Assembly: GCF_001194135.2 (NCBI RefSeq)
Contig: NC_068984.1
Location: forward strand, 64,350,210 to 64,397,117
Length of the DNA: 46,908 nt
Direction of reading: 5' to 3'
From: Octopus bimaculoides
Lineage: Eukaryota
The position numbers and the translations under genes were made by a program. The stretch's first letter is position 1; each line of letters starts with the position of its first letter. This document shows positions 11,656-23,454 of this stretch, one piece after another. Below the pieces are notes generated by a model. It ran no database searches. It saw nothing but the letters and a program-made list of their open reading frames with translations, and was not told the origin of the DNA.

Positions 11656-13501
11656 TTCCTCTGTCTGTCTATATTTCTGTCTCCCTCACTTTCCATCTAA
11701 CTAACTATCATTCCTTTCTTTGTGCAAACAATACAAGCCTGTCATCACTTTCTTCTTGCTCACTTCTTTTTATACTCTTGTTTCTCACCACTTCTTCATG
11801 TTAGTAATGAAAACCCATTTTCTTGAAATCTAAATTACTGTTTAACCTCCCATAGCAATTCAGTTTATTCTAACTTGTTAAGTACATCCATCTGAGAGTT
11901 TTGGGTTTATATTCTTTTAACTTTTAATTCCCGGGAGTTCTTTTACAGATTCTCTTTCAGATTCTACTTAGATTTCTTTTCCGTAGCACTATTATTATCC
12001 TCTTCGTTCTGATCCGTCCATCAAGAAATAAAAATAAAATTCTACTTCTCCGAAGCTGAGCTTGCATCATTTACTCGTCCGTTAATAGCACAATATTATT
12101 TCCTAAACACTCTCTATCTCTCTCTCTCTCGCAACGAGTCCTTACATATTCTCATTCTTTCATATTATCCCCATAACATGCTATTGTAATGTCTATTTCC
12201 TTACATATTCTGGTTAGGAAAGCAAAATAAGAGAACCATCCTTTAAACACGGATCAACTTTAGTTGGATTAAATTAGTGTTCTTCTTGAATATAAAAACC
12301 ATGTGAGCCGCAAAGTCCTCAAGTACCTCACTCAGCCGCGTTAATGGGAGCATAGTTACTATAGTGATTTTCTTTCCATAACCATTTTTCTCTTTTTTGT
12401 ATGTGCGTGTGTGCATGCGTAAATCAAAAACACATTTATAGATGCATCTAGGTATATATATACATACATATATATATANNNNNNNNNNNNNNNNNNNNNN
12501 NNNNNNNNNNNNNNNNNNNNNNNNNNNNNNNNNNNNNNNNNNNNNNNNNNNNNNNNNNNNNNNNNNNNNNNNNNNNNNNNNNNNNNNNNNNNNNNNNNNN
12601 NNNNNNNNNNNNNNNNNNNNNNNNNNNNNNNNNNNNNNNNNNNNNNNNNNNNNNNNNNNNNNNNNNNNNNNNNNNNNNNNNNNNNNNNNNNNNNNNNNNN
12701 NNNNNNNNNNNNNNNNNNNNNNNNNNNNNNNNNNNNNNNNNNNNNNNNNNNNNNNNNNNNNNNNNNNNNNNNNNNNNNNNNNNNNNNNNNNNNNNNNNNN
12801 NNNNNNNNNNNNNNNNNNNNNNNNNNNNNNNNNNNNNNNNNNNNNNNNNNNNNNNNNNNNNNNNNNNNNNNNNNNNNNNNNNNNNNNNNNNNNNNNNNNN
12901 NNNNNNNNNNNNNNNNNNNNNNNNNNNNNNNNNNNNNNNNNNNNNNNNNNNNNNNNNNNNNNNNNNNNNNNNNNNNATATATATATATATATATAACTGT
13001 TTATAACATTGCAACAGAATCTGGCCTGCGCCTTCCTGCTCAAGGGCTAAACCTACGGTCACTAACAACATACGGTATTAAAACCGAGCGAAGCAGGGTG
13101 TATTAAAATCATCTGACGAGACACTTCTGCACCTAGGAAGGCACCACAACCAATTGTACAGTACCCCGTTGTGCGAGAGATCGATGCAGAATGAAACAAA
13201 ACGATCGTTGTGGGCAATAAAATTTCCGTATGTTCTATTTTCCGCCTCTATCATTATATAAGCTTCGGTGGAACAAATAGAAATATATAACACAAATCAT
13301 AAGTGTATATTTTTGACTAGTCGTAAAGTTACACAAGTAACTAAAATGTTGAGTCTTTCGTAAATTGCTCGTTGAAAATAATGTTTGAAAGGACCAATTG
13401 TAAAAGCTCTCACCCTTTTAGTCAGGTATGTAACTTTACAACCGATTAATAAATCGATAGACAGACAAACAGGCAGACAGACAACTAGATAGATAGATAG
13501 G

Positions 13502-13574
<73 letters not shown>

Positions 13575-13904
13575 TGTCTTGAAGATGCCATACATATTTA
13601 GAGAGTGATGTGGTATGTCAGTTTTCTAGGTATCTGAAGAAGAATGCAATGTTTGTTTTCAGTACCGGTCTTTAAAACTGTTCCATATTTTAGTGATGAG
13701 GAATTCTATACATTATTTATATTATTTACATTGGAAAGAGAACACCACTGGAAAATTCGAAAACTAAAAGAGGAATCACATATGCTAGGACACAACCTCC
13801 TAAGTAGACTTAGTGCAGATATGAGTAGACTATGGGAACCGGTATTAATGAAGAACAAAAATATTACGCTTATAAGCCCTAAAATTCACTCTGTAATTGT
13901 CCAC

Positions 13905-13980
13905 GGGCATATAGCGTCATAGTTAAGAGCGTTGGCTACTAACCCCAAAATTCCTAGTTCAGTTCCAGGCAGTGCCTTGC
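13905..13980 (+). mobile_element. Decayed tRNA-like SINE head abutting an (AAT)n tract
   Basis: A-box-like tagcgtcatag, 7-nt anticodon-like loop CTACTAA, T-arm cctag-TTCAGTT-ccagg (B-box-like); not a functional tRNA. Confidence 0.65.
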
Positions 13981-13982
13981 AT

Positions 13983-13983
13983 A

Positions 13984-14061
<78 letters not shown>
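13983..14061. repeat. (AAT)n microsatellite, target of the Dong insertion
   Basis: About 26 AAT units with one GAT interruption. Confidence 0.97.
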
Positions 14062-15553
14062 TTGGCCTTGATAAATGTGCAAAAGCTACCTTTATCAAAG
14101 GAAAAATGACAAAAACATCTAATGTGAACCTTGACCAGCAAAATGTCATAAAAGAGTTAGAACTAGCGGAGAGCTACAAATACCTAGGGGTAATTGAAGG
14201 GGACAATATCAAGCATTCAGTGATGAGGGAAGGGATCAGAAGAGAATGTTATCGCAGGGTGGGAGCAATACTGNNNNNNNNNNNNNNNNNNNNNNNNNNN
14301 NNNNNNNNNNNNNNNNNNNNNNNNNNNNNNNNNNNNNNNNNNNNNNNNNNNNNNNNNNNNNNNNNNNNNNNNNNNNNNNNNNNNNNNNNNNNNNNNNNNN
14401 NNNNNNNNNNNNNNNNNNNNNNNNNNNNNNNNNNNNNNNNNNNNNNNNNNNNNNNNNNNNNNNNNNNNNNNNNNNNNNNNNNNNNNNNNNNNNNNNNNNN
14501 NNNNNNNNNNNNNNNNNNNNNNNNNNNNNNNNNNNNNNNNNNNNNNNNNNNNNNNNNNNNNNNNNNNNNNNNNNNNNNNNNNNNNNNNNNNNNNNNNNNN
14601 NNNNNNNNNNNNNNNNNNNNNNNNNNNNNNNNNNNNNNNNNNNNNNNNNNNNNNNNNNNNNNNNNNNNNNNNNNNNNNNNNNNNNNNNNNNNNNNNNNNN
14701 NNNNNNNNNNNNNNNNNNNNNNNNNNNNNNNNNNNNNNNNNNNNNNNNNNNNNNNNNNNNNNNNNNNNNNNNNNNNNNNNNNNNNNNNNNNNNNNNNNNN
14801 NNNNNNNNNNNNNNNNNNNNNNNNNNNNNNNNNNNNNNNNNNNNNNNNNNNNNNNNNNNNNNNNNNNNNNNNNNNNNNNNNNNNNNNNNNNNNNNNNNNN
14901 NNNNNNNNNNNNNNNNNNNNNNNNNNNNNNNNNNNNNNNNNNNNNNNNNNNNNNNNNNNNNNNNNNNNNNNNNNNNNNNNNNNNNNNNNNNNNNNNNNNN
15001 NNNNNNNNNNNNNNNNNNNNNNNNNNNNNNNNNNNNNNNNNNNNNNNNNNNNNNNNNNNNNNNNNNNNNNNNNNNNNNNNNNNNNNNNNNNNNNNNNNNN
15101 NNNNNNNNNNNNNNNNNNNNNNNNNNNNNNNNNNNNNNNNNNNNNNNNNNNNNNNNNNNNNNNNNNNNNNNNNNNNNNNNNNNNNNTGAAGACGAAAACA
15201 ATACCTATTGTCATAGGTGCCCTGGGAATGACAGCGAAACGGGCTGATTACTACCTAGCTCAGATGCCAGGAAACCCCAAAATGGCTGAATTTCAAAAGA
15301 TAGTGCTCATGGGAACTGCCCATATCCTACGTAAAATACTGTCTATGTGATCTCAAATTTTAAAACAAACACATAATTTTCTTATGGTTTCTTAAACATT
15401 CACTAGAACAAAACTGTACAAATCCAAATATATGGTACCCTAGGCATAACACCTACATGAACTTCTAACTTGTTGTCTCTTGAGGTCTCTGGGTGAGACT
15501 TGAGACCAACTTGTACAAATGCAAAACAAAAGTCAAACATAAAATAATAATAA
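14062..15553 (+). mobile_element. 5'-truncated R4/Dong-clade non-LTR retrotransposon (RT end plus RLE C-terminus; middle in gap)
   Basis: FGLDKCAK...ESYKYLGVIE (RT end/thumb); after the gap IPIVIGALG...FQKIVLMGTAHILRKILSM* (stop 15348-15350), typical of R4/Dong C-termini; ~190-bp 3' UTR ending in aataataat; AAT repeats on both sides. Confidence 0.88.
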
Positions 15554-15560
15554 CAACAAC

Positions 15561-15665
15561 AAAATACCTTAGGACACCTAATGAAGGCTGGAGAGTAAAT
15601 CAGCCGAAACGCTGTGGTGACAATAAACAAGATGGGGACACATATCCGTCCAATGTAAATAAATA
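15561..15665 (+). ncRNA. Degenerate minimal type I hammerhead-like motif in a Penelope-tail-like segment
   Basis: gacac CTAATGA a ggctg [10 nt] cagcc GAAA cg CT gtg, followed by aataaa; two core lesions (G5>A, U16.1>C), so inactive as written. Confidence 0.5.
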
Positions 15666-16252
15666 ATCGGTCTTTAAAGTTGTGTACTGAGAGACCGATA
15701 TAGCATTTGCTTGCATTTGCTTGCACCACTTTCCATTGAGTAAACAAGAAATGAGTTGTTGTAGGTACACAATGATGGAGGTTTAGATATATTTTTCTTT
15801 AGTTTGTATATCTTCAGTTCATCTCTAGTATTTTTTTGTCAGTGTAACAATATCTCACAGTATTTTTCATAAAGAATTTGTAACATCTATGAGAGTTTCT
15901 AATCCGAATAAAAATATGTATTACTTGGTGATAATACATATTTTTTATCTATTCAATATATCAACTGTAAAAAACACCAATGAGCAGAAGAAATTATTCT
16001 TGATGGCGCAGTTTTCTTATGAATAAGAGATTGATTTTTGAAATATATGACATCTTTCAAGGTATTGCGAATTCCTTATGCAGGAAGTAAATATATTGGT
16101 CGGCTCATAGTTCAATAATCTTATATAAAATGCGATAGAGGTGTTTGAATGAATTTATCAAATCTGATTTTTTTTCTTGTTTAAAATGATAAACAACTTT
16201 AATAAAAAGTTACACAGCACAACAGGCAGTATGACTTATTTTTTGATTATCG

Positions 16253-17320
16253 GACGAAGGTCGTTGGAATTGCTTATGTAAACAGAGTAACTTTTCCTCT
16301 AAACAAAGATACTACTCAACACAATCTTCATCACAAGTAACGCATTATACCGTAATTGAACCCAACTCTTGAATCCTCTTGAAAAATTCCAGGAGTATAC
16401 TGTTCTACCTACTTCTTCATGGTCACTTTCACCTTGTCTGTGTAATTAAATCTTTATCCCCGAAGACTGTCCTTCATTAGACTGAACAGATGGTAGTCTG
16501 GGATGTGCCAGGTCCAGTCTGTACAGGGCACTACTGACCAGACCAATATACTACATTGTAATGGAGATTGTGGATCGTTTTCCAATTAATATTTCTTCCT
16601 CCTAATACTTCTTTAAGCTTTTCGAGTGTCTCAATGTCCAAGATAAAGCCACCTTCCAGAAAATCAAGACAGAGAAACTCTTGTCATCTCAAGAAAGTCA
16701 CCATAACTTTTAGTGTCGACCGCTAGTTATTGTACTTGTTAAGCCTTGGGGAAGAGATATGACACTACTCCATGGATGAAGCCTTCGTTTCCGAATCATA
16801 AAAGCATCCGACGTTTCATACACTTTTATGAAGTCCGGAAAAAAGTATCGTTGTTGGCTTCAAACGCTTCCTGCAGACCAGAACAGACTTTCACCATTCT
16901 GCCCTTCAAATAGGGCATCAACTACCGAGGTTTCGAATTTGCGCACACATTTTGATAATCAAAGTATTTCAATAACTTATAAAATCCACTGTGACAAAAG
17001 CCCAGTTGTGCGGCATAGTCCATTGTTGTGGCACGTCTTTTCATTCGCTGGCAATTTGTGATAATAGTCGCAGTTGAGGGTCTCATGTTTTGTCTCCAAT
17101 GTTAGTTTATCCTCCTTTAAACTTTCGCTATGTCCGTAAACAGCTTCTAACCATCGGTGGATGTCGGACAGTCTACACCACTTCTTCGTAAAACAAAAAT
17201 CAATTATAGTGCTGCTTCTGTTTCGAACCCATTATTTGTTTGCAAGAAGTAGAACATAAAGAACAGTTAATATAGAAAATTGGTTCCTCTACAAATATAT
17301 GCAATTTGAACCACCTTGTC
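16253..17320 (-). mobile_element. Decayed mariner transposon with both TIRs
   Basis: Minus-strand motifs IHRWLEAVYG, YDSETKASSME, KVMVTF, and YRLDLA..DYHLFSLMKDSLRG (~YSPDLAPSDYHLF); imperfect TIRs gacgaaggtcgttggaattgc (16253) and gcaatttgaaccaccttgtc (17301-17320); many stops and frameshifts. Confidence 0.85.
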
Positions 17321-19359
17321 AAATAATGATAAAGTTATGCTCACTTTTGCATTACTTTCAGTATAACATTCATATATTTACACTTTGAAATACAAGTATA
17401 AATAATAATGCATTACAACTACAGGTATAGATAGTAAAGTAATAAAAGTATGTACTCTAAACCTTATGCGGCATGCTAATTCACTTTTCTCTGCAAGGAA
17501 GAGTGGCCCTCGAGAAAAGACTGATGCAGAAAGTCATATACCATTTGGAGTGCAAATATTAAGCTTGTTATAGCTTAATAGAGAAGTGTTTCGATTATTC
17601 CTACTGAGAGGTTTTCCCTTGTTTATACTGACAACAGATACTGCGGAACATTAAAAGAACTATAGATTACCCTAAGGGTTATTGTTTAAATACTTAATGG
17701 CATCTATGGTGTCTTAATATTGAGAATTATGTATTTATATGGTTTAGGAGAATTCTTGCAACATTAAAACAGGTTTGTAAAAGATGGGGAGAAATGTAAC
17801 ATATAATTGTGTTTCCTATAGTTGCGTTTATAAAAATTAATATTTTCCTGTATGAAGTATATTCTATATTCGACTCTATTGATCTAATGCATTAATCTAA
17901 TTATAGTAATTATGTGTAAGCTAATATTTTTGCTCACATATTGTCATGCTACTTCTCTGCGCCAATCGTTTGAGCAATCGAAGACTCGAAGCGTGCTAGA
18001 ATTATAAAGGCTTCTTTAATAAAATGCAAACACGTTACTTTATGCGTTGAGTGTTTTTCTACTCTTTGTAAACTCAACATTGAGCAATACACATACGCAC
18101 ATATATGCGCGTGTGTCTGTATGCAAAGACGTATCTCAAACACTATACTTTTCTCCGTTTTCTTTCTCTCAGCTACTCTCATCCTCTCCCTTTATTCTTT
18201 GTCTCTCTTTCTCGAGTCTTTGTGTCTCAGTCTTTCTCTATAGTTATCTCTCACATACTCTCTCTTTTACTCTCTCACACTCGTTCCATCTCTCATTATG
18301 CTTCTTATGCAATCTGTCCTTTGACTATCCCTTATAGCAATTTCTTCCTTATTAATATCATTTCTTGTTCTCACTCTCTGTATTTGATCATTTCTCTCTT
18401 TCCAATATCATCACATTCAATTTTTCTGCCATACCTCCTCTTTATTTTTTTCCTTAACTTTCACACATTCATGTCCCTATCAAAGCAATACTGAAACCGA
18501 ACATATTATCGTTTCGAGATTGAATCTCGAATATAATAAAGGATAACGTTTTTCTTCTTTTTTTATATTTCTCCTTTAAAATTGAAATTGCACAATATTT
18601 GAAAGATGCAAAAGAACACTTTTAAAAATTGTCTCTATGTGCATAATGATATTTTTATCGAAAAACACGAGTTAATTTCAAATAATAGCTGCACAAGGTG
18701 CATTTTTATGTACTCTTTTATTCTGGTAGGGATAAGTATTTTTTATTGAAAATGCAAATTATAGATTTCAGATGCTAAAAATGACATGAAGTTCGAGTTG
18801 ACCTTGTTAATAACCAAAGCGATCTACTTTAGTTTTTGTCTTTTTTCTTCACTTGGCTAATAAAAAAGAATTATTAACATTATTTTAAATTGTACAATGT
18901 TGCAAAACAGGCAAAACGAAGTACAAAACAAAATGTTTTTGTCGAACCAACAAAGGGACGTCTACTCAGTTGTTCATTTTGCGATAAATAGTATCCAGTT
19001 TATTCGTACTCACATAAAGCGAACAAAAGTACAGCAAATAGCCTACATTTTATTGCACACTACCAGAAATGTAGTGGAAACCGCCATGGTTGAAAAGTCT
19101 TTGTTTATATTTCTACTCTCTCTCAATCTCGCTCTCTCTTGGGCGCTATGGAATTAAATAATGTCTTCTTCTTAGGGTATGGGGCTTTAAAGCCCACGGG
19201 GATTAATTTTGCTTCTTATACTTCATGGGTTAAAATATAAAGTAATACGAATCGATCAATCGACGCCACGCATCTCCTAAAATATGCGACCATATGCCTG
19301 TTAAATAGTGACATCGATTTCTCATGTAAGCACAGAGCTCACCACTTGGGGGTCAGCAG

Positions 19360-19525
19360 TATTCGATTTAATCGACACCAGCACTTGACTGATACTTTAT
19401 TCTATCAACTACGAAAGGATAAAAAGTAGAGATGAACTCGGTACGACATGAACTCAGAGCATAAAATATTGTTGCTAAATACACTCAAGCATTTTGTTTG
19501 GCGTGATAATGATTCTGCCAACCCA
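19360..19525 (-). mobile_element. SINE family B, old decayed copy
   Basis: atcgacaccagcacttgactgatacttt...gaaaggataaaaagt...gaactcagagc...aagcattttgtttggcgtgataatgattctgcca. Confidence 0.65.
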
Positions 19526-19907
19526 GTACCGATATTAGGAATTCATATTATAAAAAGCAGGAGGCAGTCATTCTGCAGGATCGGTAGATTATCGGAGTAT
19601 GTGTTATTAGTCACGACCCTTTACGTTCAATTTCCGAACATGCCAACCTTACGTTTTATCTTCCCATGGTCAATAAAATATACTACCGACCGGAGGTGAT
19701 ATAATTGATCGTCTTTTACCCAAACGTCTGCGAATGATGGATTGGCAGAATCGGCAGAGTGACTAACCTTCAAATCCTAATGAGGTCGATAAAATAAATG
19801 TCAAGTAGAGAAAGTTAAATCGAATTAATACTGACATAGTATTTATGTGACGGATTATTATCTACGTGTGAATGCAATAGTACGTAGCTACCTACTTCTT
19901 GAGCAAC

Positions 19908-20291
19908 GTGGAGGCGCAGTGGCCCAGTGGTTAGGGCAGTGGACTCGCGGTCGTAGGATCGCGGTTTCGATTCCCAGACCGGGCATTGTGAGTGTTTATT
20001 GAGCGAAAACACCTAAAGTTCCACGAGGCTCCGGCAGGGGATGGTGGCGAACCCTGATGTACTCTTTCACCACAAATTTCTCTCACTCTTTCTTCCCATT
20101 TCTGTTGTACCTGTATTTCAAAGGGCCAGCCTTGTCACACTCTGTGTCACGCTGGATCTCCCTGAGAACTACGTTAAGGGTATACGTGTCTGTGGAGTGC
20201 TCAGCCACCTGCACGTTAATTTCACGAGCAGGCTGTTCCATTGATCGGATCAACTGGAACCCTCGTCTTCGTAACCGACGGAGTGCCAACC
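19908..20291 (+). mobile_element. tRNA-derived SINE, family A, tail variant 2, full length with TSD
   Basis: Head gtggaggcgcagtggcccagtggttagggcag...ggtttcgattcccag; TSD tcttgagcaac (19897-19907) / tcttgagtaac (20292-20302). Confidence 0.92.
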
Positions 20292-20775
20292 TCTTGAGTA
20301 ACATGAATGAAATAGAGAGATAGAGATAGTGTGTGTGTGAGTGTGTGCGAGATAAAGTAAGATATTTCAGCATTGAGAGACAGTAAAAGTAGATATTAAT
20401 ATAAATGTGTAAGACAAAGTGGGTGTGATATGGATAAATAGGAATATAGAGAGGCGATGATGATGGATATGAAGACGTAGCAAAGTTTATGGTGCAAGGT
20501 CTTTAGTTATCTAATTCTGTCTATTTTTATCTCTTCATACCTCTCACATCATCCGTCTCTCACCCCTCTCCTCACCACTCTCCCTCTCCTCACTTCTCTC
20601 CCCATCCTCACATCTCTCCCTCCCCTCTCCTCTCTCTCCCCCACTCTCTCTTTTTATCTCTACGATCGAAATGTTCTTTTAATTGTAAACCAGTAAAAAC
20701 AGAGAAAATGCAATGAGGTGTTTTGTTTTTTTTATGTGTATATGCATATACTCATGTATATGTGAGTGCATGCAC

Positions 20776-22100
20776 CACAGTAGGCTGAGGAAGAGATTTC
20801 GTGGAAATTTGGTAATAAATTGACGAAAAATTATCCCCTGATAGTGGTTGAGCTCTCGTTGAAGACATATTCATAAGGCAATTTGGAAAATTTATGAAAC
20901 TCAAACATTTCTCAAAAATCTGAGGGCCTAAGACCTAAATCTCATATTTGGGTACTTCTGTCCGGAAACATAAAATCTGGCATAATTTGAATTAAAACGA
21001 GGCTTGGAAAGTGAATGGGAGCACATTGGAAACATACGGGTGCAGCTGTTTTAGAAATTTATGAAAATTCCAAATTTACAAAACTCTCCGGATCTGGGGT
21101 TAAATTTCCATATTTGAGCATTTGGGGCTAAAATACAAAAACGGACATTGGTTGGGTGAACAAGATTAGAAAGTAGTTGAGACCTCTAAGGAAGCATATT
21201 GATTCCGTAATTCTGGAATAGGAATGATTTACTGTTACACATTATAGCATCATCTCGTCGAACAAGTAACCATCATATGTTACAGTAGGAGTAATCACAT
21301 TTTTTTTCTTACATTAACGAACTGAAAGTCCATATACATTCCTTGCAAAAAGGTTGCGCGTTCATTTTCTCAAGGACCGATGGATCAGAAACAATCCACA
21401 TCTTCCATAGAGTATCAATGCGGGCTGTCACCCGGGAAGTTTTCTGCGATAAATTGGTTTTTATTCTTTTAAAATTTATTGCAGCATTCTATTCCACTTT
21501 CATCCAAGTTCCCGAGTCCTTCATCATCGTTTAACTCAGTCAGTTCTCTGGAGTGACCTCGAATTTTATGTAACGTCGGATGATGCTTATCCAGCGTCAA
21601 GAAGGAAAATGTAAAGATTTATACGAAAGTTCTTGTTCGACTCTATATCAGCCTTCTTCTTGGGAGTACTTGAAAATATCATTGACAAAGTATGACGATA
21701 ATATGAGAACAATAAGAATTGAGAATAATTGCTCATATAGTATCAACTACTCTGATGTAATAATTTGCGTCCAGGTGAAATTTACCCCGAAATTTTCAAT
21801 GTTCATCATTATATCAGGTATTAAATTTAAAATTTTATTTTTAGATATTGGCCAATCAGATTTTTCGCGGGTTGAGCAGATTTTGGGGATCGAATCCTAA
21901 CACAGTGCGAGAAATAATTGCAAAAGCAGGTAATTTTAATATTTTTCCATGCTTATTTGGCTGTCACTACAAATAGATGTCAGGAGGCTATTTTCATTGA
22001 CTTCCATCACTTCAAACCCTTAGCGAGGTCGTGTAACAAGCTTTGTATGTTATTTTAAAATTTAGTGGGGAAAGCAGACAGACTTTGTAGTCCTGGTGAA
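20776..22100 (-). mobile_element. Decayed Transib/RAG1-like DNA transposon fragment (3' part of transposase plus one terminus)
   Basis: With two 1-nt frameshifts, minus strand 21593-21336 reads WISI-PTLHKIRGHSRELTELNDDEGLGNLDESGIECCNKF-KRIKTNLSQKTSRVTARIDTLWKMWIVSDPSVLEKMNAQPFCKEC, matching RAG1 HKTLAH..E..E..G..G...EG.ESGNK..R..RQS...DVL..HW and Transib SDP; terminus CACAGTA at 20776; extent beyond ~21870 is uncertain. Confidence 0.75.
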
Positions 22101-22200
22101 ACTGATTTTTCGTAAAGGCGGTGCACCAAATTGGCCGCTGTTTCAAAAACTGAAACAAAAGATAAAATATATTAAATTAAGAAAGATACGTTTCCCAATA

Positions 22201-22504
22201 TACTCTTTTACTTGTTTCAGCTATTTGACTGCGGCCATGCTGGAGCACCGCCTTTAGTCGAACAAATCGACCCGAGGACTTATTCTTTGTAAGTCTAGTA
22301 CTTATTCTATCGGTCTCTTTTGTCGAACTGCTAAGTTACGGGGACGTAAGCACACTAGCATCGGTTGTCAAGCGATGGTGGGGGACAAACACAGACACAC
22401 AAGCACACATACATATATACATATATACGACGGGCTTCTTTCAGTTTCCGTCTACCAAATTCACTCACAAGGCTTTGGTCGGCCCGAGGTTATAGTAGAA
22501 GACA
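22201..22504 (-). mobile_element. SINE family C (CORE-like), head truncated
   Basis: Same body as 25352-25764; ends at agaagaca before a gap; an extra 3'-module fragment lies at ~22110-22185. Confidence 0.9.
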
Positions 22505-23423
22505 TTTAGAAATACGACAAACTAAAATAGATACCACNNNNNNNNNNNNNNNNNNNNNNNNNNNNNNNNNNNNNNNNNNNNNNNNNNNNNNNNNNNNNNN
22601 NNNNNNNNNNNNNNNNNNNNNNNNNNNNNNNNNNNNNNNNNNNNNNNNNNNNNNNNNNNNNNNNNNNNNNNNNNNNNNNNNNNNNNNNNNNNNNNNNNNN
22701 NNNNNNNNNNNNNNNNNNNNNNNNNNNNNNNNNNNNNNNNNNNNNNNNNNNNNNNNNNNNNNNNNNNNNNNNNNNNNNNNNNNNNNNNNNNNNNNNNNNN
22801 NNNNNNNNNNNNNNNNNNNNNNNNNNNNNNNNNNNNNNNNNNNNNNNNNNNNNNNNNNNNNNNNNNNNNNNNNNNNNNNNNNNNNNNNNNNNNNNNNNNN
22901 NNNNNNNNNNNNNNNNNNNNNNNNNNNNNNNNNNNNNNNNNNNNNNNNNNNNNNNNNNNNNNNNNNNNNNNNNNNNNNNNNNNNNNNNNNNNNNNNNNNN
23001 NNNNNNNNNNNNNNNNNNNNNNNNNNNNNNNNNNNNNNNNNNNNNNNNNNNNNNNNNNNNNNNNNNNNNNNNNNNNNNNNNNNNNNNNNNNNNNNNNNNN
23101 NNNNNNNNNNNNNNNNNNNNNNNNNNNNNNNNNNNNNNNNNNNNNNNNNNNNNNNNNNNNNNNNNNNNNNNNNNNNNNNNNNNNNNNNNNNNNNNNNNNN
23201 NNNNNNNNNNNNNNNNNNNNNNNNNNNNNNNNNNNNNNNNNNNNNNNNNNNNNNNNNNNNNNNNNNNNNNNNNNNNNNNNNNNNNNNNNNNNNNNNNNNN
23301 NNNNNNNNNNNNNNNNNNNNNNNNNNNNNNNNNNNNNNNNNNNNNNNNNNNNNNNNNNNNNNNNNNNNNNATATATATGTATATTTGTATGTATATATAT
23401 GTATATATATATGTATATATTAT

Positions 23424-23454
<31 letters not shown>

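Noticed and set aside
14106-15350. 414-aa ORF as an intact gene
   Set aside because: About three quarters is N; only the two ends are real and they belong to a truncated Dong LINE.
17960-18010. CCAAT and TATAAA as a promoter
   Set aside because: Such short motifs are expected by chance in AT-rich DNA, and no downstream gene is evident.
19908-19985. tRNA gene calls at SINE heads (also 8200-8280, 13905-13980, 24902-24975, 25690-25764, 33395-33470)
   Set aside because: They lack proper acceptor stems and continue into SINE bodies; they are tRNA-derived promoters.
21901-21929. Perfect CACAGTG + 13 nt + gcaaaagca (6 of 9 nonamer match) as an RSS or TIR
   Set aside because: It lies on the antisense strand of what appears to be continuing transposase coding sequence and points the wrong way to close the element; probably chance, but worth rechecking against a consensus.
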